Below are positions 26,092-30,655 of a DNA stretch of 30,655 nt, one piece after another. Each line of letters starts with the position of its first letter. The first letter of the stretch is position 1. The stretch spans positions 1-30,655 of IMG/VR virus record IMGVR_UViG_3300037882_000906. One strand, written 5' to 3'. The stretch is from a virus. Taxonomy: Duplodnaviria > Caudoviricetes. Made by a program: the position numbers and the translations under genes. A model generated the notes under the pieces. It made no database searches. It was not told the origin of the DNA and was given only the letters and a program-made list of their open reading frames with translations.

Positions 26092-27369
26092 TTATTTGCC
26101 ATGAGGGGCACCGCCTGACAGGAGGGCATCGAGAATGGCCCGGACGTGGTTTCCGGTGGCTCCGCAGTAGCCACCGTACGCTCCGGGCACGTTGATGTCC
26201 CACGACTTGATGCACTGCCAGACCGCTTCAAATTCAGGCGTGTTGAGCATCTCGGGTGTTGGGTCAGGCCATTGCTGCGTCCGTGCGGGGCGGGCGTCGG
26301 CCTGCTCCTGACTCGACGATGAGTCTTTTTGCGCTGCGCTCCTGCCCGCCGACCCGAGTGCTTCGCTGAGTGGCACCGGGGCGCTGCCGAAGTTATACGC
26401 CCTGAACGCCGATAGCGAGTTCTCGCGCTCGTAGTGCGCTTCGTTGCCGTGGAGAGGTAAGTCGGCGTCGGTGCGCTCGTTCCGTTGTTGCCAGCCTCGG
26501 TTGAAGCCGATGATGAAATCACTCTCGCGCTCAGCCTGCTCGCTGTTCGGACGCGGCTCGGTGCCTGCCATGTCCGGTATCGGTTGATGGATGAGCCCTG
26601 CGCGATCCTCTTTGTCTTCCGTCTGGCGGTCTGGGCGGGCGGAGGAGGACACCGGGACGGCAGGCTGGTGGTGGGGCGATGGCTCGGCATCGGAATCACA
26701 AGTCGTATGCGTCTCTCGGTCCATCCAGTCGCCGTGCGCGTCCTGCCGGATGTCCTCGCCGCAATGACGGCACTTCTCGACGTGGTGGGCGATGAACAGC
26801 CCCGCACGGTTGAGCAGCGGCAGGAAGCAATCACGCACCCAATGACGGCTGGAGCCTCCCACATTCTCAAAGCCACGATCGGCCTCGCGCACGACCGCCG
26901 TGATGCGGTTCACGTATTCAGCGTTCTCGCCGTCCACGTTCTCCCATCCCGGTTCCGGCGTCTGCGGCTCGGCGGGGGCCGCAGGCTGGCTGCTGATCTC
27001 GTCTTCAGTGATTGATCGCAATATGGAACCAACGATTCCGTCTCGTTCCAGGAACGTCAGGATGTCCCGCAGCGCCTTGTTCTTGCGCACAATGATGCGC
27101 TCTGGCGTGTGGGGGGTTGGGCCGCTCCCGTAGCGGAAACCAGCCGCCGCAGAGGTGCGGATATTCGCAAGCAGCAACGCACGCTCATGCCCATTGTCAG
27201 GGGCCAAGGCGCTGGCGATTATTTCCCCTCGTAGCCCATCTGCCAGTTTTCTCTGCTCGGCTAGATAGCCCCCGACGTTCTCGCCGCGCTCCACGTATTC
27301 AGTGATTGAGATATGGCCAATCAGTCCGTCGTATTGATTCCAAAGGTCGTTCACCAGTAGTCGAGTCAT
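26092..27369 (-). CDS. Mosaic hypothetical protein (425 aa)
   Basis: ATGA-coupled start at 27369 with GGAGG SD. Several short domains (GGSSRHWVRDCFLP; CRHC..C; WPDPTPEML...WDINVP) joined by Pro/Ala/Ser linkers. Confidence 0.7.
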   Translation of the reverse strand: MTRLLVNDLWNQYDGLIGHISITEYVERGENVGGYLAEQRKLADGLRGEIIASALAPDNGHERALLLANIRTSAAAGFRYGSGPTPHTPERIIVRKNKALRDILTFLERDGIVGSILRSITEDEISSQPAAPAEPQTPEPGWENVDGENAEYVNRITAVVREADRGFENVGGSSRHWVRDCFLPLLNRAGLFIAHHVEKCRHCGEDIRQDAHGDWMDRETHTTCDSDAEPSPHHQPAVPVSSSARPDRQTEDKEDRAGLIHQPIPDMAGTEPRPNSEQAERESDFIIGFNRGWQQRNERTDADLPLHGNEAHYERENSLSAFRAYNFGSAPVPLSEALGSAGRSAAQKDSSSSQEQADARPARTQQWPDPTPEMLNTPEFEAVWQCIKSWDINVPGAYGGYCGATGNHVRAILDALLSGGAPHGK

Positions 27370-27806
27370 AGGGCAACCTCCCACCTAAATTTGTCCTGCA
27401 ACGGATGCTTGTCCACTCGCGGGCGCGACTTACACGACCACGACCGCCCCTTCACTTCCCCGACCACCTTCCAGCCCACAGCGCGGAGCGACGTTCCCGG
27501 CTCCGATGCCAGCGTGTAGGTGATCACCTTGCGATACCCGAGCGCGAAAGCGGCACGCTGGGCAGCTCCGTAGAGCTTCGACGCCGCGTTCCTGGTGCCG
27601 TCCGTCGCCACGCGGGTGACTTCTACCGTGAACGTATCGTCTAAGTGACGCGCCACCGGACGCCCGATGATCGCCACGCCGCAGACCTTCTCAGCCTCCG
27701 AGACGGCAATCGAGAACAGGTGCCCGACCACTCGGCCATGATGCCGGTGATGCTCAGCAACGAAGGCGTTAGCCTCGGCCAGCGTGGTAGGCACGATTTC
27801 GAGCAT
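27366..27806 (-). CDS. XF1762-family protein (GNAT-like fold, related to the Mu Mom DNA-modifying protein)
   Basis: LAEANAFVAEHHRHH, GVAIIGRPVAR.LDD, EVTRVATDGTRNA.S.LY, GY.KVITYTL.SE.G.SLRA.GW and K.RW motifs. Confidence 0.85.
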   Translation of the reverse strand: MLEIVPTTLAEANAFVAEHHRHHGRVVGHLFSIAVSEAEKVCGVAIIGRPVARHLDDTFTVEVTRVATDGTRNAASKLYGAAQRAAFALGYRKVITYTLASEPGTSLRAVGWKVVGEVKGRSWSCKSRPRVDKHPLQDKFRWEVAL

Positions 27807-28373
27807 CTACCGCTTTCCGAAGCGTTCCCGAATCAGCCGCGCCACCTTCGCTACCGGCTCGGTGGTGCTCTGGTAGCCGTCACGTAAATGCTCAACAAAG
27901 GACGCGATAACCTCCACCGTATCGGGGGCCGATGAACGGCTGCTCAGCGCATAGACCGTGTGGCGATCCATCGGATCAGCAAGGTCTAGGCCGCGTGGGT
28001 CAGCGACCGTATCCGCCCGATTGGTCGGAGCGCGCAAAACCTCTGTCTCCTGCTGGGGCGGCTCGGCTGGGGCACACAGTCCACAGTCAAGCTGCGCGTG
28101 CTTGAAGCAACGGTTATCCTCCTGTTGGGGCGGCTCGGCGGGGGTGAACGCGGCCAGCATGTGGTCGATAGTGCGTTCAGCCTGCGCGTAGCTCGCGTAA
28201 GGCGTCAAGATGGATCGAATCTGTTCCTTCGCCTCCCACAACACCGCCACCGCTACCGCGTCGGCCACGAAATCACCCAATGAGCGCCCATCGAGGGTGC
28301 TGCCGCCGTTGATGTCGATCTGCCGTGCCGCTTTGATTGCCGCCCGTCTCGCGACGTCTCGGATGTTGTCCAT
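27807..28373 (-). CDS. Mosaic hypothetical protein (188 aa, MDNIRDVARR...)
   Basis: Start moved to ATG 28373 (GAGGT SD). Duplicated PAEPPQQE flanks a CFKH...CGLC module. Confidence 0.7.
   Translation of the reverse strand: MDNIRDVARRAAIKAARQIDINGGSTLDGRSLGDFVADAVAVAVLWEAKEQIRSILTPYASYAQAERTIDHMLAAFTPAEPPQQEDNRCFKHAQLDCGLCAPAEPPQQETEVLRAPTNRADTVADPRGLDLADPMDRHTVYALSSRSSAPDTVEVIASFVEHLRDGYQSTTEPVAKVARLIRERFGKR
28047..28139. repeat. 21-bp near-perfect direct repeat CTCCTGYTGGGGCGGCTCGGC (28047-28067, 28119-28139)
   Basis: One mismatch, 72 bp apart, encodes AEPPQQE twice. Confidence 0.85.
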
Positions 28374-28375
28374 GC

Positions 28376-28591
28376 TTACCTCTCCGACTGCCGAAACTTG
28401 ACCGTGTTGTCCTTCATCACCCGCTGCGCCCGGCATGTCGGTTGCCCACTCACCACTTGTGGTAACGGGGTGCGGATGACTTCGGCATCCAGGATCGGCG
28501 CGAACGGTTGCAAACACGTATCGCACACCTTGACCTGCTGCCCGTTGACGCGGCCGCGATGCCACTGCCGATGGCCGAACCAGCAGGTCAT
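28376..28591 (-). CDS. Small Zn-binding protein (71 aa, MTCWFGH...CDTC)
   Basis: C.FGH...CxxC motif typical of small prophage proteins (DUF1660-like). ATGA-coupled start at 28591. Confidence 0.65.
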   Translation of the reverse strand: MTCWFGHRQWHRGRVNGQQVKVCDTCLQPFAPILDAEVIRTPLPQVVSGQPTCRAQRVMKDNTVKFRQSER

Positions 28592-28764
28592 GGTTGCTTC
28601 GTGGCGGCCTGCCGCAGCACAACAGCCAGCGCCTTCAACTGCGGCCGCGTGAACATGATCATGATGCCGTTGCGTTTCCACTTAGGATCGATGCCTGGAA
28701 TCGGCGTCTCGATCTCCCTCGCGGCCTTGCCGTGAATCGCCTGAATCCTTTGCAAGCTCGTCAT
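28588..28764 (-). CDS. Small hypothetical protein (58 aa) absent from the ORF track
   Basis: MTSLQRIQAIHGKAAREIETPIPGIDPKWKRNGIMIMFTRPQLKALAVVLRQAATKQP*. AAGGAG SD and ATGA coupling at both ends. Confidence 0.65.
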   Translation of the reverse strand: MTSLQRIQAIHGKAAREIETPIPGIDPKWKRNGIMIMFTRPQLKALAVVLRQAATKQP

Positions 28765-28982
28765 GACTGCTCCTTGGCGAGAAACACGACGCAGCGGCTA
28801 CGCACGTCGGCCCGCACTTGTTCACGGTCGGTGTAGCAATCCGACCAGACCCAGAACGGGGCCTGCTCAAACGGGCGCTTCGGATCGCGTCCTGCTGGCG
28901 TATTCATGTAGTTACATTTCCCGTTTCGCACGAAGTGCCGACATTCGCCGCATAGAACTACCTCTACCTGTGTCTCGCTCAT
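28761..28982 (-). CDS. Small Cys-rich protein (73 aa)
   Basis: CGECRHF...C...C...C pattern, ATGA coupling. Confidence 0.7.
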   Translation of the reverse strand: MSETQVEVVLCGECRHFVRNGKCNYMNTPAGRDPKRPFEQAPFWVWSDCYTDREQVRADVRSRCVVFLAKEQS

Positions 28983-29170
28983 GGCTGCTCTCCTATGGCC
29001 TCAGTAATGGCGGCTTCGAGACGTTCCCACGCCTGTCTCGCGGGCTCGCCATATTCACTCGGTGGGCCATACATCTCCAAGATGGCTTTCGACGCCGCAA
29101 GCAGTTCCGGGATCGTGCATTCCGGGTCAGGGATGCGACACCGACTACAGACCCAGCGCGGCTCGCTCAT
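28979..29170 (-). CDS. Small hypothetical protein (63 aa, MSEPRWVCSRC...)
   Basis: CSRC plus PELLAA.K...AAITEA.G, a frequent phage early-protein C-terminal motif. ATGA-coupled start at 29170. Confidence 0.65.
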   Translation of the reverse strand: MSEPRWVCSRCRIPDPECTIPELLAASKAILEMYGPPSEYGEPARQAWERLEAAITEAIGEQP

Positions 29171-29292
29171 GGCTGCACCTTGACATACGTTTCGAGCGGG
29201 TAGCGCAGCCACCAGCGCCAGATCAATCGTTCGTAGCGCGGGCGCGGATGCATGACGACACCCCACTTCTTGACACGACGCGGGATTCTCAT
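29167..29292 (-). CDS. Small Arg/Trp-rich peptide (41 aa) absent from the ORF track
   Basis: MRIPRRVKKWGVVMHPRPRYERLIWRWWLRYPLETYVKVQP*. AAGGAG SD and ATGA coupling at both ends. Confidence 0.6.
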   Translation of the reverse strand: MRIPRRVKKWGVVMHPRPRYERLIWRWWLRYPLETYVKVQP

Positions 29293-29531
29293 GGCTGCTC
29301 CTTCCGTTGCCGTTCAAACCCATGCGGCCCGCGAGGACACGGCCACGGATGACTGGCTCGAATCACCCGATCCAGTCGTTCGCGTTCCTCCACCTGTCGC
29401 TGTTCTTCTGCGTCCAGCCACAGGGCATACACGGCGGCACTAATGACGTAAGCCACTGCCAGCAGGAACGCGCCTACACCGAGTACTTGCGCGGGGTGCT
29501 GAGACAGCCAGGATAAGAGATTCCAGATCAT
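29289..29531 (-). CDS. Single-pass membrane protein (80 aa)
   Basis: Hydrophobic VLGVGAFLLAVAYVISAAVYALWL, ATGA coupling. Confidence 0.7.
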   Translation of the reverse strand: MIWNLLSWLSQHPAQVLGVGAFLLAVAYVISAAVYALWLDAEEQRQVEERERLDRVIRASHPWPCPRGPHGFERQRKEQP

Positions 29532-29743
29532 GCGACATCTCCCCGTGATCCCACCAGCAGCGCATCCACCATCGCGGGCATGGCCGCCTCCACCTTGCGC
29601 CGACGATCATCGCCAGGGCTGAAGCGGTGTCTCCAAATTCCACACATCGGGCAGATGAACGCGCACGCCCCGTCGTAGATGTCTGACAGTTCGATGACAT
29701 GCATGGGCTGGCCGCAGCAGTGATAACCGTCAGGATTACTCAT
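29528..29743 (-). CDS. Small Zn-ribbon protein (71 aa)
   Basis: HCCGQPM...YDG...ICPMCG..RHRFS motif. Confidence 0.7.
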   Translation of the reverse strand: MSNPDGYHCCGQPMHVIELSDIYDGACAFICPMCGIWRHRFSPGDDRRRKVEAAMPAMVDALLVGSRGDVA

Positions 29744-30129
29744 ACCGTCCTCACTGTCACTTCGGTTTTGGCTTCAGGACCATAGGCTTTCGACGCTGCA
29801 ATCAGCGTCACTTGGGCATCGTCTTCGTAGGCAATCCCTGTCAAGGCGTCCAAGAGCGCCCGCAGCATCTTATCGAGGTCAGGCTTGACGACATGATGCG
29901 GGCGCAATGGCGCACTCGCGGGGCGCGTGAAGACAAAACACGCCGCAATCGACATCGGGATCGGCTTGGGTTGACACTTGATGGCCTGCACCTTCGCGGC
30001 CCATTTCACCGCTTGAGTCCATGCGCCCAGTCCTCGGGCATCGGCCACGGTGACAATCTTCTTCCCGCGCAGAAACGAGCGCGTCGATCCCTTCGTGGAC
30101 GGGAGGCCCAGCACGGTGAAGACGGTCAT
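29740..30129 (-). CDS. rusA: RusA-family Holliday junction resolvase
   Basis: G.P.TKGS N-terminus and KPDLDKMLRALLDALTGIAYEDDAQV with the three catalytic Asp residues. Confidence 0.93.
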   Translation of the reverse strand: MTVFTVLGLPSTKGSTRSFLRGKKIVTVADARGLGAWTQAVKWAAKVQAIKCQPKPIPMSIAACFVFTRPASAPLRPHHVVKPDLDKMLRALLDALTGIAYEDDAQVTLIAASKAYGPEAKTEVTVRTV

Positions 30130-30365
30130 GCGAACAACTCCGGTTGCTGCAAGGGGGCATCAGGCACCAGCCGATACTCGCTCACGGTGCGCGTCCCGAC
30201 CTTGCGCTGGCGGTTCTGGATGGTCAATCCCCGGCGCCGGCAATCGCTCACGCGACTCCGCCACGCATACGCCCCGGCCATCCCCGCGAGGGTCAAGCCG
30301 TCCACCCATTGATGGGGATGGGCGCGAAAGTAGTCGGCCAGCACGTCCACGTAGGCTGTTTTCAT
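30126..30365 (-). CDS. Winged helix-turn-helix protein (79 aa)
   Basis: LADYFRAHPHQWV...AWRSRVSDCRRRGLTIQN...SEYRL, a typical phage wHTH pattern. Confidence 0.75.
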   Translation of the reverse strand: MKTAYVDVLADYFRAHPHQWVDGLTLAGMAGAYAWRSRVSDCRRRGLTIQNRQRKVGTRTVSEYRLVPDAPLQQPELFA

Positions 30366-30496
30366 CGTGTCCTCTCGATTCCGCGCAGGGCGGCGGTCAC
30401 GTCAGTCCCGCCGACTCGTATCTGATGCCGCCGCCCGCGATCAACGTGTCGTGCGGCATACCAGAGTGCCGACATGGCCCCCGCGCGGAAAGTCAT
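30362..30496 (-). CDS. Small hypothetical protein (44 aa, MTFRAGAM...)
   Basis: Start moved to ATG 30496, which is ATGA-coupled to the upstream Zn-ribbon ORF. Confidence 0.5.
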   Translation of the reverse strand: MTFRAGAMSALWYAARHVDRGRRHQIRVGGTDVTAALRGIERTR

Positions 30497-30612
30497 GGCT
30501 TCACGTTCCAGTTGGTTCGCTTGCAAATTGGGCAACATTTCGGCGGCACGGGCCGGCGCGGATACCAGGTATGCCCACAGCGGCGACAAGTGAGCACTGG
30601 GAGCGGCTTCAT
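30493..30612 (-). CDS. Small Zn-ribbon protein (39 aa) absent from the ORF track
   Basis: MKPLPVLTCRRCGHTWYPRRPVPPKCCPICKRTNWNVKP*, with CxxC...CPxC and ATGA coupling at both ends. Confidence 0.75.
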   Translation of the reverse strand: MKPLPVLTCRRCGHTWYPRRPVPPKCCPICKRTNWNVKP

Positions 30613-30655
30613 ACCGACCACGACCGCGACCCCGACCACGACCGCGACCCCGACC
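30609..30655 (-). CDS. Partial CDS ending in a Ser-X low-complexity tail (SGSRSWSGSRSWSV*)
   Basis: Open frame through the hexamer repeat, with the stop overlapping the next ATG. Truncated by the window edge. Confidence 0.5.
   Translation of the reverse strand, partial: SGSRSWSGSRSWSV
30614..30655. repeat. Tandem repeat, 6-nt unit NCGACC with 18-nt higher-order period
   Basis: ccgacc acgacc gcgacc ccgacc acgacc gcgacc ccgacc running to the window end. Confidence 0.9.

Noticed and set aside
26046-26876. 276-aa alternative-frame ORF on the minus strand
   Set aside because: Arg/Ser/Pro-rich off-frame composition overlapping the 425-aa gene. Only its last 18 codons have plausible signals.
1-30655. 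Stop-codon reassignment
   Set aside because: Core genes are intact in the standard code, and TAA, TAG and TGA all end genes at sensible boundaries.

Overview
GC-rich fragment of a tailed dsDNA phage or prophage, probably podovirus-like. No host genes, tRNA, rRNA, CRISPR array or integrase were recognised. The plus strand (1-24069) is a densely coupled late region. In order it holds a block of fibre/decoration-like genes unusually placed before the terminase large subunit, TerL, portal, small Zn-binding ORFs and a stand-alone ART-PolyVal-type ADP-ribosyltransferase. A 250-nt intergenic region follows, with two matching palindromes, a putative promoter and a structured leader. Then come scaffold, major capsid protein, decoration protein, adaptor, fibre, nozzle, five mid-sized ejection-like proteins and a lysis cassette (SleB-type hydrolase, holin-like ORFs). 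The minus strand (24054-30655) is an accessory/early region of small translationally coupled genes (RusA, wHTH, XF1762 GNAT-like, Zn ribbons). It carries a recurrent gene-junction motif and many 15-24 bp direct repeats that bracket protein modules. All family assignments come from motif recognition by eye, not from database searches.
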